Shown one piece after another: positions 44,969-56,357 of a DNA stretch of 64,000 bases. Source of the stretch: an uncultured Planctomycetota bacterium (GTDB lineage: Bacteria > Planctomycetota > Planctomycetia > Gemmatales > Gemmataceae); contig CAWKHF010000005.1 of the NCBI GenBank assembly GCA_963849325.1, positions 480,001-544,000 on the forward strand. The letters run 5' to 3'. Both the position numbers and the translations under genes were made by a program. The notes beneath the pieces are model-generated. The model saw nothing but the letters and a program-made list of their open reading frames with translations. It was not told the DNA's origin and did not search any database. Positions within the stretch are counted from its first letter, which is position 1. Each line of letters opens with the position of its first letter.

Positions 44969-46140
44969 TGAGCTTGTCCACAGTCCACAGTCGGAGCCGT
45001 TCGCGGCTGGGCGCCAAGCCGCAAGCCTCTCGAACCGCGAACGGCGTTGAATAACCGTTGATACTCCCGCGCCTGGGCCGCGAAGGTAAATTCCTCGCGG
45101 ATGAGCTGCCGGCCACACTCGCCCATGACACGGCGCAGCGGCTCGTCACTGAGAACATCGCGGATGCGCCGTGCCAGCGCTGCCGGATCGCCCGGCGGCA
45201 CCAAGTAACCGTTGATGCCATCGCGGACGACCTCGGGCGTCCCGCCCACGGCCGTCGCCACGACCGGCACTCCCGACGCCAAGGCTTCTAGCACGATGAC
45301 CGGCAGTCCCTCCGTCCACGAAGACAGCACGGCCAGGTCGCAGCTCGGCAAGAAACGCTGGACGTCCGTGCGGAAGCCGGCCAGCACGAACGTCCCCGTC
45401 AACCCACGCGCGGCGATCTGCTCGGCCAGCGTCTCGCGTAGCGGGCCGTCGCCGAAGAGCACGAAGCCGGCGCTCGGGTCTTGCCGCGCTACCAGCGCCG
45501 CCGCGGCGATGAACTGGTCGAAGCCTTTCTCGGGACTGAGACGCCCCGCTGCCGCGATGATGCGTATGCGCGGTTGGGCGAACCACGATTGCATCGCATG
45601 GCGATAAGACGGATCGATTTTTTCGCATGATTCGGGATCGATGGCGTTGCGAATGACGACGATGCGCTCCGGGGCGACGCCGGCACGGCGCACCCGCGCC
45701 GCCTGCGCTGCGGAGACGCACACCGTTCGATCCATCCAGCGCAGCACCAGCCGGTCGAGCAGTTCGTTGAGGCGCACCTTCCACGTCGCCGCCGTCCAGC
45801 CGTGCGAGATGGAGACGACCGGCACGCCGGCCCGGCGAGCCGCCCGCCAGCCAATCACGTCCGGCTTGTAGCCGCTGCAACACAGCACGTCGGCGCCGAG
45901 GCGGCGCAGGTGCTCGGCTACCTCTCGCACCGCCCGGCCGAGGCGCGGGGCGTTCGCGCTCAGTTCGATGGCCTCGAATCCTTGTCGCCGGGCCGTCTCC
46001 AGAAACGGCCGGCACAGTCCGCGCTCCGCGAACGACAGAAATACCGACTCGTACTCCGCCGACAGGGCGCCGGCGAGGCCGAGGACTTGTCGCTCCGGGC
46101 CGCCGACGAACGGCGAGGCCATCAGATGGACGATACGCAT
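44965..46140 (-). CDS. Glycosyltransferase family 4
   Basis: GGPERQV, GRLSPEKG, SWTEGLPVIVLEALASGVPVVAT. Confidence 0.93.
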   Translation of the reverse strand: MRIVHLMASPFVGGPERQVLGLAGALSAEYESVFLSFAERGLCRPFLETARRQGFEAIELSANAPRLGRAVREVAEHLRRLGADVLCCSGYKPDVIGWRAARRAGVPVVSISHGWTAATWKVRLNELLDRLVLRWMDRTVCVSAAQAARVRRAGVAPERIVVIRNAIDPESCEKIDPSYRHAMQSWFAQPRIRIIAAAGRLSPEKGFDQFIAAAALVARQDPSAGFVLFGDGPLRETLAEQIAARGLTGTFVLAGFRTDVQRFLPSCDLAVLSSWTEGLPVIVLEALASGVPVVATAVGGTPEVVRDGINGYLVPPGDPAALARRIRDVLSDEPLRRVMGECGRQLIREEFTFAAQAREYQRLFNAVRGSRGLRLGAQPRTAPTVDCGQAQ

Positions 46141-47378
46141 GCCTCTCCCTCGCACCGCCGACGCTCTTCGCCGAGAACACACTTCTCCCACACTTCTTCG
46201 AGCTTGCCGGCCAGGACGTCCCAGTCGTAGCGCTCGTGTACGACCTGCCGCCCCTGACGCGCCTTCGCCCGCGCCTCCGCTGGATCGCGGAGGCACTCGA
46301 TCAGGGCCGCGGCCATGCCGGCCTCATCCTCGACGACGACAAGGTCTTCGCCGGGCCGCAACGACAATCCCTCGGCGCCGATGCGCGTCGAGACCACGGG
46401 CAGACCGCAGGCCAGGGCTTCGAGGATCTTCAAGCGCGAGCCGCCGCCGATGCGCAGCGGCACGGCCAGGACACCGCTGTCGGCCAGGTACGGCCGCACA
46501 TCGGCGACATCGGCGTGCAGTTCAACGTTGTCCATCGCGGCGACACGCCGCGTCAGCCAGTCGGGAGCATTGCGACCGACAATGCACAGACGGGCGGACG
46601 GCTCGGCGCGGCGGACGGCGGGGAAAATGTCGTCGAGCAGCAGACGCACGGCGTCGAGATTGGGACGCCAATCGAGACTGCCCAGGAACAGGATCGTCTC
46701 GGGCTTGCCTCCGCCGCGAACGCCCTCGAAGAAAGGCCGATCGATGCCGTTATCGACCACGTCCACGCGCTCGACGCCGAACTGACGCCGCACGAGCGCG
46801 GCATCTTCGGGACTGACGGCGACGACGCGATCGACCTCGGCGAACACGCGCCGCTCGAAGCGCTCGAACTTGCGCCATTGCTGCCGGATGTAAAAGCGCT
46901 TCAAGGGATGGCTTTCGTTCTCGTGATAGCGCTGCCAGATCAGCGAATCGACGTTGTGGGCGATGAGCAGACGGCGAGCGGTCGGGTCTGCCGGCAAGGC
47001 GGCGACGTAGGGCGTCCACTCGAACTGCCACAAGTCAACCGAGTGCCAGGCGGCGTAGGAGCGAACCGCCTCGCGCATGCGCCGGCTGCGGTGCGAGGCG
47101 GCCGAGTAGGGCAGAGACGAAAGGAGATTGCCGGCCAGCCGGGCGTAAAAGCCCGGCCCTGTTTTGCGCGGCAGCGGATCTTCGACGAGAATCGGCTCGA
47201 TGCCGTGATCGCCGAGGAAGGCGACGGCCTGGCGTGCCTCGGCCGCCCCGCCCTGGGCGCGGGCGATGTAGGTGAGACGATGACGCCTGGCCAGGCGCAG
47301 CATCAGGTGCAGCGTCCGCAGGCGCTTGCCCGAGGACGGCGGATACGACACGTCTCCATCCACCACGACCGCGTGCAT
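46122..47378 (-). CDS. Glycosyltransferase family 4
   Basis: YPPSSGKRLR, HNVDS, GSLDWRPN, PLRIGGGSRLKILEA. Confidence 0.93.
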   Translation of the reverse strand: MHAVVVDGDVSYPPSSGKRLRTLHLMLRLARRHRLTYIARAQGGAAEARQAVAFLGDHGIEPILVEDPLPRKTGPGFYARLAGNLLSSLPYSAASHRSRRMREAVRSYAAWHSVDLWQFEWTPYVAALPADPTARRLLIAHNVDSLIWQRYHENESHPLKRFYIRQQWRKFERFERRVFAEVDRVVAVSPEDAALVRRQFGVERVDVVDNGIDRPFFEGVRGGGKPETILFLGSLDWRPNLDAVRLLLDDIFPAVRRAEPSARLCIVGRNAPDWLTRRVAAMDNVELHADVADVRPYLADSGVLAVPLRIGGGSRLKILEALACGLPVVSTRIGAEGLSLRPGEDLVVVEDEAGMAAALIECLRDPAEARAKARQGRQVVHERYDWDVLAGKLEEVWEKCVLGEERRRCEGEACVSSI

Positions 47379-47456
47379 GGCTGGCTCGTCTTTCCTCGTG
47401 GGACCGGCACCGGGCACCCACCGAAGTTTACGTCACGAAACGCGGCGACGCGGAAG

Positions 47457-48248
47457 TCATTCCTCGTTCGCCGGGAGCGGTTCGCGGGCCGTCGTGAGGA
47501 AAGCGCGGCACAGATCATGACAGGGAATGCCCGACAGATGCAGGACCGTGCAGGCCAGGATGCGCAGGTCGAGCCAGCCGCTGAAATGACGGATGTAGTA
47601 GAGATCGTGAGCCAGTTTGCGACGGACGCCGGGGATGTCCGTATCGGGAGGCAACTGCACCTGCGCCAGCCCGGTGATGCCGGGACGGACGAGCAGTCGG
47701 CCGCGATAGTTGGGGATGGCCCGTTCCAGCGCCGGCACGAACTCCGGCCGTTCCGGTCGCGGCCCGACCAGGCTCATGTCGCCGCGCAGAATGTTCCACA
47801 GTTGCGGCAGTTCGTCCAGGTGCGTGGCGCGGAGGATGCGGCCCAGCGGCGTCACGCGCGGGTCGCCCGGTGTGGACCAGCGGGCGCCGCTGGCTCGTTC
47901 GCAGTTGTGGTACATGGTGCGGACCTTGTACATCGCGAACGGCCGGCCGTGGCGTCCGAGACGCACCTGCGAGTACAGCACCGGGCCGCGCGACGTCAGC
48001 TTGACGAGCAGTGCCGTCACGAGCAGGATCGGCAGGGCCGGCACGACCAGGACCACGGCGATCGTGAAATCGAGGATGGCTTTGCCAGCGACGTACCACG
48101 ATTGCGGACGGGGCTGGACCGCCGGCGTGCGGGTCGGGGCGGATCGAGGCGTCGCGGGCCTTGGCGGCGCCGGGATGCGAGCGACGTCCCGCGTCAAGGA
48201 ATCCGGAGGAGGCAGCGTGGCCGCTTGCGTACCGGGGTGCGCAAACAT
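47457..48248 (-). CDS. Bacterial sugar transferase (priming phosphoglycosyltransferase)
   Basis: GPVLYSQVRLG, KVRTM, DPRVTPLGRILRATHLDELPQLWNILRGDMSLVGPRPERP, RPGITGLAQV. Confidence 0.96.
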   Translation of the reverse strand: MFAHPGTQAATLPPPDSLTRDVARIPAPPRPATPRSAPTRTPAVQPRPQSWYVAGKAILDFTIAVVLVVPALPILLVTALLVKLTSRGPVLYSQVRLGRHGRPFAMYKVRTMYHNCERASGARWSTPGDPRVTPLGRILRATHLDELPQLWNILRGDMSLVGPRPERPEFVPALERAIPNYRGRLLVRPGITGLAQVQLPPDTDIPGVRRKLAHDLYYIRHFSGWLDLRILACTVLHLSGIPCHDLCRAFLTTAREPLPANEE

Positions 48249-48407
48249 CTCTTCACCGTGAAAAAATGGAAGGTTCTGTGGACCCGGCCGCGTGAGGGGA
48301 GGGCTACGGCCAGGAGAGCTTTACCCGTATCCGGAGTCAGGGAGGAGACCTGACCGGCGAAGGCACCGCTTCCGCCGTTGGAAGGGCTCACTTCGTATGC
48401 ACGTTTA

Positions 48408-48424
48408 AGCAAACTCGATGCCGT
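48408..48424 (-). promoter_or_regulatory. Putative sigma54 promoter for the priming-transferase sub-operon
   Basis: ACGGCATCGAGTTTGCT = GG-N10-GC, close to the TGGCAC-N5-TTGCW consensus. Confidence 0.7.
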
Positions 48425-48544
48425 TTGCTCGGAAGTACGCTGGCAGTGACAAATAGTTGTCAGTTGTTGGTCATTCCGCCGCCGGCAGGGTCCGCTGGGA
48501 GGGCCATGCGGGCAGACCCACACGAAAGCCGCCGCCGGATCGTA

Positions 48545-49664
48545 TCAGGGATGAACGCCCACGGTGTTAAGAGCGTTAACGCCCTGATACAACTGCTCGT
48601 ATTCGGCGACCATGCGACGCACGTCGAAGTGGGTTTCGACGCGACGGCGGCCGGCCATCCCCAGGCGGACGACTTCGGCACCATCGCGGCACAGCCGCAA
48701 CAGGGCGGCGGCCAACGCCGCCGGGTTTTGCGCCGGCACGAGAATTCCCGTCTCGCCCTCGGCGACCACCTCGGGGTTGCCGCCGACGCGCGTGGCGACG
48801 ATGGGCAGTCCGCTCGCCATCGCTTCCAGCAGCGTCAGCGAAATGCCTTCGGACAGCGAGGACAGGACGAACAGTCCCGCCCGCGCCAGCAGGCCGGCCA
48901 CGTCGCGCACTTGGCCCAGGAAACGAACGTGCGTTTGCAGTCCCAGTTCCGACGCGGTTTGTCGCAGAGCAGGCAGGCACGGCCCGTCGCCGGCGATTTC
49001 CAGGCGGAAGGCCGGATCCTCGCGGACGACGAGGGCCGTCGCCCGCAGCAACGTGTCGATGTCCTTCTCGGGACTTAGCCGGGCCACGAGGACAGCCGGT
49101 CCGTCCGGGCGCGGCCCGGTGCAGGGGAAGCGCTGCACGTCGATGCCGTTGCGGATGGTCCGCACCTTGCGCGGACGCACGCCTTGCCGCACGGCCAGGC
49201 GGCCGCTGTCGTCGGAGACGCACACAAAGCGATCGATCAGGCGGGACGCCGTGCCGACCAGCATCCTCTGGCGCCGGCTCAGGTGCGGGCTGCGGCCGTG
49301 GCGCGTGTGGAGGATGCGCGGCACGTTCGCCAGACGGCCGGCGAAGGTGCCGTAAAGGTGGGCGCGGTCGTCGTGCGTGTGAATGACATCGGCCTGCCAG
49401 CTGGCGGAAGCAGCCGGGCCAGGCGCACGACCAACCGAGGACGAAGACCGTCCGGCTCGTCCAGCGCCGTCACCGGCCAGCCGCACGCCTCGACTTCCTC
49501 GGCCAGTACGCCGCGCCGCCCAGGGCGACAAATCGCAGGGCGAAGCGACGGCGGTCGGCGTGACGGGCGAACTCGACGAGCAGTTTCTCCAGCCCGCCCA
49601 TGTCCAGCCCCGGCGTGACGTGGACCACGCGCAGCCGGCGTTCCGGTGACACCAGGATGCCCAA
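48545..49664 (-). CDS. Glycosyltransferase family 4 (frameshifts ~49515, ~49405)
   Basis: LDMGGLEK, HTRHG, NGID, ARLSPEKD, SEGISLTLLEAMASGLP. Confidence 0.9.
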
Positions 49665-49689
49665 AGGGAAAACTCCATAGTTGCAGAGT

Positions 49690-49748
49690 ATTACCAGCCC
49701 GGATCGCAGCGACGGGTGAGACCCGTCGCTGCGCTCCGGGCTGGTAAT
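49690..49748. repeat. REP-like palindrome, family A
   Basis: ATTACCAGCCCGGA..CGACGGGT/ACCCGTCG..TCCGGGCTGGTAAT. Confidence 0.85.
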
Positions 49749-49768
49749 GCCTCACGATCACGTCAACC

Positions 49769-50695
49769 CTACCGGGGCGCGGTTTGCGTCCCGTGGCCCA
49801 GGATTGGCCGGCCCAGGCCGTCGATTTCAGCAGGATCCACCAGGCCCGCGGCGACCACGGCTGGCCGGCGACGCGCAGCCACGCCGGACGAATCGCCTCG
49901 CGCGGCTCGCCGTTGCCCAAGTGGCTCGCCGCCCACTCGCGATAGACGCGCCTCTCCCAGGCGCGCACGCCGGCGCGGCCGAGGATCGATCGCGTGTCGG
50001 CGCACGACAGTGAGCATGTTGCGCGAATCGGCCGCCACGTCCGAGCGCGACAGCGAACCCGCCTCCAGCACCGCCGTGGCCAGCGGCTCCGCGAGGAAAT
50101 ACACCGGGGCGATCAGGACCAGGCGGACCCACAAGTCCACGTCCTCGGCGGTGGCCAGGGTCGTGTCGAAGCGACGATCGCCCAGCACCGTCCGCCGCAC
50201 AAGTACCGTCGAGGTCCAGATCTTGCGGGCGACGGCCAGCGTCTCCGGTCCCTGGACCGTCAGTACACGGTCGAGGTGTTGCGGCGGCGGCAGACTGTTC
50301 GGATAGCGCGGTTTACCGGGAGGTTCGAGGTAATAATGGGCCGCGACCAGGCCGACCTTGGGATGGCTCTGAAGGACGGCCAGCTGGCGCTCCAGCTTGC
50401 CGCGTTCCCAGTAATCGTCGGCGTCGAGGAAGGCAATCCATTCGCCTGTCGCCAGGTCGATGCCGCGATTGCGGGCGCTGGCGGCGCCGCCGTTGGCCTG
50501 GCGGACCAATCGCACGCGCTCTCCGTAGGGCGTCAGCGCCGCCGCTAGGTCGTCGGGGCTGCCGTCGTCGATGACGAGGATCTCGTCCGGGGTCCGTGTT
50601 TGTGACAACAGGCTGTCAACGGCCCGGCCGACGGTGCGGGCCGCCCGGTAGGCCGGGATGATGACGCTCACCGTCGGATGCGGGTCGCTGCTCAC
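49769..50695 (-). CDS. Glycosyltransferase family 2 (frameshift ~49985; 3' end uncertain)
   Basis: VSVIIPAY, IDDGSPD, NGGAASARNRG, FLDADD, AEDVDLW. Confidence 0.9.
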   Translation of the reverse strand: MSSDPHPTVSVIIPAYRAARTVGRAVDSLLSQTRTPDEILVIDDGSPDDLAAALTPYGERVRLVRQANGGAASARNRGIDLATGEWIAFLDADDYWERGKLERQLAVLQSHPKVGLVAAHYYLEPPGKPRYPNSLPPPQHLDRVLTVQGPETLAVARKIWTSTVLVRRTVLGDRRFDTTLATAEDVDLWVRLVLIAPVYFLAEPLATAVLEAGSLSRSDVAADSRNMLTVVRRHAIDPRPRRRARLGEARLSRVGGEPLGQRRAARGDSSGVAARRRPAVVAAGLVDPAEIDGLGRPILGHGTQTAPR

Positions 50696-51679
50696 GAGTT
50701 GAGCCTCCAGGAAGCCGTGTCGAGCGCTTGCGGCGGCCGGATGTTCAGTGTACGCACCGCGAAGGCCCGCAGACGCTCGGCGCGGGCATAGCCGAGCACG
50801 CGAGCCATCAGGCGGAAGCGCCAACCGTAATTGCCGAACCCTTCGCGGGCCTGCAATTCCTTGATGCGTCGCAGCAGGCCGTCGAGCAGCGCCGGCTCGC
50901 GGACGCCCAGGCGCACCAGCCCCTCATAAGCGCCCTGCTCGAATTTCAGCAAGTCGAGTCCGAACCAGTCGCGCCGGCCGCGCCGACGCAATTCGTCGTG
51001 CAGCTGCATCACCAGGCGCGACTGCGAACGTACCCAGGCGGAACGGTCGGCGCTGGCCGAACCCGCCCGCTGGCGGTAGTAACAGCCCACGCGCGGATCG
51101 ACCTTGAAGATGGGAGCGAGCAAACCAACGCGGCAGGCGAAGTACCAGTCCTCGGCGTGCGTCACGCCCTCGGCGAAGCCGCCGGCCTCGCGCACCAGGC
51201 GGGCCGGGAACAAAAAGCCGAGGATGCTGCCCCAATCGAACGGCTTGAACAGGTCCGGCAACAGGGCGGTTGCCGGCGGTACGTGATCGAGGTATTCCTC
51301 GGGATGACCGTCGCGGAAGAGGCGAACGCCGGTGAATGACACACAACTGTCACTGTCTCCGGTCAATTCCATCTGCCGGGCGATCTGCTCGGGATGCAGG
51401 TAGTCGTCGGCGTCGAGGAACTTCAGGTAGGCGCCGCGCGCATGCTCGATGCCGGTGTTGCGCGCCGCCGAGATGCCGCCGTTGGGCCGTCCATACGTAG
51501 CGGATGCGGTCGCCGTAGCCGTGGGCGACAGCCTCGGTATCGTCGTCGGAGCCGTCGTTGACGACGACGGCCTCGACGGCCGGATAGCTCTGGGCCAGCA
51601 CACTGTCGATCGCTTCCGGCAGATAGCGGGCCTGCCGATAGCACGGAATGATGACGGAAACCAACGGCGTATCGCGCAC
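50692..51679 (-). CDS. Glycosyltransferase family 2 (frameshift ~51490)
   Basis: GGAGG RBS before GTG at 51679; [32 protein letters not shown]. Confidence 0.88.
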
Positions 51680-51713
51680 AACTCGCCTCCTGACACGGGC
51701 ACAGAGGCCATTT

Positions 51714-51816
51714 TTCTCCCCTCTCCCCCGCTTCGGGGGAGAGGGGTAGGGGGTGAGGGGGGACACCGCCCCCTCACCCCCTACCCCTCTCCCCCGAAGC
51801 GGGGGAGAGGGGAGAA
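51714..51816. repeat. Palindromic box repeat, family C
   Basis: Two full inverted units. Confidence 0.9.
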
Positions 51817-51819
51817 GAA

Positions 51820-53120
51820 GGATGCCTCCCGATACGGATACGGGGGCGGCGGCGCCCCAGTGCTGCGGGATCATGCAATAACCGTTCTTGTCCGTCACCG
51901 GCGAACGAGCGTCCTGGAAATTGCGGAAGTAGTTGCCCGGCTCGACGCGCAGCACGGCGCCGTCGAGGATGTAATCTTCCGTCTCGCCCATGATGCCGCA
52001 CCACAGATCGAGCCGATACTGGCTGGGCAGAAGCGGCAGGCGCGGGACGTAACACGTTACCTCACGGGCGGCGGCGCCGGTCGTTGGACTTTCGCCGGTG
52101 AAATGCGAGCCGACCTCGGTGATGCGCAGTCCCTGCGGCTCACGGATGGCAATACCGATTTCCAGCGGAGCCGGCAGTGGGCCGTCGTCGGGTGTGCTCA
52201 GCCGCAAGCGCAGGTACAGGTCTTCGCCGGTGACGGCGTAGGGCCGCGGCCGGCCGCCGGCGTCGAGCAGGGTCAGTTCCTCGAAGCGAAAACGCCCCTC
52301 GCCGGCGCGGTCGTGCCGCTCGCTCAGCGGAGTATGGGCGGCGGCATCGCCGGCCTTGAGGTACTCCGTCACCACGTCGCGGCTCGAACCGACCTGTTTG
52401 ACTCGGCCGCGTTCCAGCAGGACGGCTCGTTTGCACAGCGTTTGCACCGCGCCCATGTTGTGACTGACGAACAGCACCGTCCGCCCCTGCCCAGCCACGT
52501 CGCCCATCTTGCTCATGCACTTGCGCTGAAACTCCGCGTCGCCGACGGCCAGCACCTCATCGACAATAAGTATCTCCGGTTCCAGGTGAGCGGCCACGGC
52601 GAACGCCAGGCGGACGTACATGCCGCTGGAGTAGTGCTTGACCGGCGTATCGAGAAACTTCTCGACCTCGGCGAAAGCCACGATTTCGTCGAACTTGCGC
52701 GCGATCTCGGCCCGGCTCATGCCGAGAATGGCACCGTTGAGGTAGACGTTCTCGCGGCCGGTCAATTCCGGGTGGAAGCCGGTGCCGACCTCCAGCAGAC
52801 TGCCGACTCGTCCGCGCAGCTCGACCTCGCCGGTGGTCGGCTTGGTGATGCGCGACAGCACTTTCAGCAGCGTGGATTTGCCCGCGCCGTTGCGGCCGAC
52901 GATGCCCAGCGCCTCGCCCGCTTGCAGCTCGAAGCTGACGTCTCGCAGCGCCCAGAATTCCTCGCGTCCGTGGCCGGTGGTTCGTAAAGCGGCGCAGCGG
53001 CGAACGCAGCACGCTCATCACGTCCTCGCGCAGACTGCGGTAGCTGTAGCCGCCGCGCGGCCCGGCGGTTTGCAGGCGATAACATTTTCCCAGCTGTGCG
53101 ACACGGATCACGGGAAGCAT
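51820..53120 (-). CDS. wzt: Polysaccharide ABC exporter ATPase with Wzt C-terminal domain (frameshifted; stop uncertain)
   Basis: [56 protein letters not shown]. Confidence 0.92.
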
Positions 53121-53125
53121 ATTTC

Positions 53126-53197
53126 AGTTCTGAGTTCTGAGTTCTGAGTTCTGAGTGCCTGGCTCTGATTTTCACTCAGAACTCAGAACTCAGAACT
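53126..53197. repeat. Inverted heptamer array (TTCTGAG)n / (CTCAGAA)n
   Basis: Between wzm and wzt; same unit as 31140. Confidence 0.93.
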
Positions 53198-53201
53198 TCG
53201 G

Positions 53202-54108
53202 TTAAATCACGTCGGCGAACGAATCCTCGACGCGGCGGAAATACAGGCATCCGGCCAAAAACAGCGACACGCTCAGCACGGCGGCGAGGGCGACGTGGCC
53301 CCAGGCGATCGGCCCGGCCGCTTCGCCGAGCACGGCGGCACGAAAGGCGGCGATGAGGCTGGTCATCGGGTTCAGCGCCAGGAACACTTGCAGGGCCGCG
53401 GAAGCGTCCGAGTCCGGCTGCATGTACACCGTCGGCGTGGCGAACATCCAGAATTGCGTCAAAAACGGTATCACATAGCGAAAATCACGGTAAGTGACGT
53501 TGAGGGCCGCCATGAGCGTGCCGACGCCGACCGCCGCCAGCAGGATCAGCCCCAGGAACAGCGGGGCGAGCACGATCCGCGCATCCGGCGCGATGCCGTG
53601 GCACAGCATCAGCACGAACAGCAGGCCGAAGGCGATCAGGCAATCGACCAGGGCGGCGCCGACCGAGGCGAGCGGCACGGCCAGGCGCGGGAAGTATACC
53701 TTGGTAATGAGCCGTTCCGAGCCGACCACGCTGTTGCCGGCGCTGGTGATGGCCGTGGCGAAGAAGGTCCAGGGCAATAGGCCGGCGTAGACGAACACGG
53801 AGTAGTCCACGCCGCCGGAAGAGACGTGGGCCAGGCGGCCGAAGAAGATGGTGAAGACCACCATCATCAAGGCCGGGTTGCAGCACCGCCCAGGCGGCGC
53901 CGAGCAGGGTCTGCTTGTAGCGCACCTTCACGTCGCGCCAGGCCAGGATGAAGATCAACTCGCGGTACTGCCACAGCTCGCGGAGATTGATAAGCTGCCA
54001 GGCGCGGGCCGGGCGAATGAGCGTGAGCACCGGCGGCGGGCCGGAGGGCAACACGTCCGGTTCGCAACCCGTTTGCGGGACTTCCTCGACAACGGCTTGA
54101 CTGCTCAT
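53202..54108 (-). CDS. wzm: Polysaccharide ABC exporter permease (frameshift ~53875)
   Basis: [44 protein letters not shown]. Confidence 0.93.
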
Positions 54109-54122
54109 CATCAACCTCATCC

Positions 54123-55503
54123 TCAGACCGCGGAACAGGCGGAGAAACACGTACAGGGCGATCAGGGCGGCGACGGCGATGCCGGCCAGTCGCGCCAGCA
54201 GGCGAGCGTCGAAGCGCGGCGCCGGCGCCGGCGGCGTCGTCGCGGTCATGCGCAGGTAGACGCCGGCCAGGGCCAGGATGGTGTAGGTCGGAATGATGTA
54301 GCACAGCGTCAGCGACATCATGCTGACCGCGTAGCCGCCGACGACGCCCATCACGATACGGATGCATGCGGCGCAGGTCGGGATCGAGGATGTGCCGACC
54401 ATCCGCGCTCAGACGATACAACGACCCCAGGGCGAGGACGAAGGCGCCGACGAAGAACATGCCGCCCAGAAAGCCCAGCTCCGCGAAGGCGTGAACGTAG
54501 GAATTATGGGCGACCAGGCCCACTTCCTGGTCGAAGCGGTCGCGGCCGATGCCGAACAACGGCGATTGCCGAAACTGCACCAGTCCCTCGCTCCACAGCT
54601 GAATGCGCTCCTGTCCGGTGCCGCCGGACGTGCTCAGGTCGGTCTGCCGGCCGGCGAAGAACACGAACAACACCGGCAGCAACGCCGCGCCGATCAGCAC
54701 GGCCATGCGCCAGCCGAAGCGCGTCCGCAGCAGCAGAAACAGGCCGGCCATCAGCGCCAGCAGTGCCGCCGCGCGACTGGGTTAGAGATAAGCGCATATA
54801 GAAAAAGGAGCAATGAACCGACCCAGAGGAAACGAAGCGGGCCGGAGGCGCGGTCGGTTATCCAGTACAGGGCGAGCACGACCGAGATCACGAGCAGAGA
54901 TGCCGAGGTCGTTGGGATCCTGGAAGATGCCGCTGCCGCGCAGGCGACACGGCCACCACGGCCGCCCCGGTGATCTTGTCCTCGCCCTGCTCCTTCAGCG
55001 GGTTGAGGTTGGGCAGCGTGATGGCGCCGTGATACTGCAGCACGGCCAGGAGGGCGACGACGGAGGCGAACAGCAGCAGCCACCACAGCATCCAGCGCAG
55101 GCGAACCGGCGTGTTGACCAGGCCGACGAAAAGCAGGAAATACAGCACCATCTTGAAAAAGTCCCAGCCCAACTGGGCCGTTTCGTCGAAGCGGAAGGCG
55201 GTCAGGTGCGACAGGACCACGGCCAGCAACAGGCCGAGGACGCAGACCGTGATCGGCCGCGCTTCCAGGTCTTTCGGCTGAAACTGTTCGAGGAGGACTG
55301 GGAAACAGGTCAGCAGGCAGGCCAGGATGCAGACCTGGTAGATCTCCCAGCCCGAGCAGGGCCGGGACGATCTCCGCCGGCCGGACGAAGAGCATGGCGT
55401 TGAGGATGACGAAGAGGGCAAAGCCCAGTCCGTAGCGCGGCACCAGCGAACCCGGCTCGTCAACGGGAGCGAAACGTGGATCAGGTGCGGCCAGCGAAGA
55501 CAT
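54123..55503 (-). CDS. O-antigen ligase / Wzy-like polymerase family membrane protein (multiple frameshifts)
   Basis: [52 protein letters not shown]. Confidence 0.85.
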
Positions 55504-55625
55504 CGATTCTCACGGAACAATCCGAGGTTCCGATCGCGCGGCGTCTCTCTGTGCAAACATAGCCCACGACTGCGGGCGACTGCCTGCGATCGCGCGAAGT
55601 TTCGATTGGGCCGCAAGGACCGCAT

Positions 55626-56271
55626 TCATGGACGGGCGAGCACGGTGGCCAGCGCGGGGAGAAGCTGCTGCAGCAGGTCGAGGGAGGGATCCTGTTCGAG
55701 CCGTTCCGGACGCGGCGGCAGTTCGCGGACGACGTAGAGCTTGTACAGGGCGGGCAGGTGAGCGAAGCGTCAGACGCGGACTGTCCGGGGCCATGCCAGG
55801 ACTCCATCGCCGAACCACGTCCAGAAGATGCGCAGCTGCACGTCGCCGGTCGGTTCCTCCTTGCGGAACTTGGCCGTCCAGCATTCGGCGGAGGGATCGC
55901 CGGACGCCTGCCAGTGCATCGGAACGGCCATCATCTCGTAGCCGGCCCCGCGGTAGCAATGTTCCGGCCGATGGACGCTCATCTTGCCGGAGCGGCCGCA
56001 CAGCAGAATGACCAGCACGGAGGCGCCGCTGCGCGCGTCGGTGTAGCGCCGCACCCACGAACCCTCGGCGCCGGCCGCGGCCAGCGCCTCGGCGTCGAGT
56101 ACTCGCCGGCTCCGCCTTCCAGCTGCCCAGGTCGCCGGGTGCCTGGTCCAGACGCGCGACGGCCGCCTCCAGGTCGGCGGACTTTTGCCAGCGCTGCGTC
56201 CACACGCCCTGCACGACGGCGGCGCCGGCCACGACGAGCAGACCGGCCAGTAGGGGGATGCTGCGGTTCAT
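55626..56271 (-). CDS. epsI: Exosortase-associated EpsI family protein (frameshifted)
   Basis: N-terminal anchor; QGVWTQRW, VHRPEHCYRGAGY, LRIFWTW, LYKLYV. Confidence 0.8.
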
Positions 56272-56283
56272 GCGAGTCCTCCG

Positions 56284-56352
56284 TTCTGGCGAGCGGGGGC
56301 GTAAGCCCCCTGTTGGAAGCAACAGGGGGCTTACGCCCCCCGCTCGCCAGAA
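56284..56352. repeat. REP-like palindrome (CTGGCGAGCGGGGGCGTAAGCCCCCTGTTG / inverse)
   Basis: Near-perfect ~30-bp arms between wzc and epsI. Confidence 0.85.
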
Positions 56353-56357
56353 TGCGC

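Noticed and set aside
53485..54402. Ligase-Wzm fusion
   Set aside because: Removing one base near 54130 puts TGA 54123 in frame, so an indel artefact is the simplest explanation.
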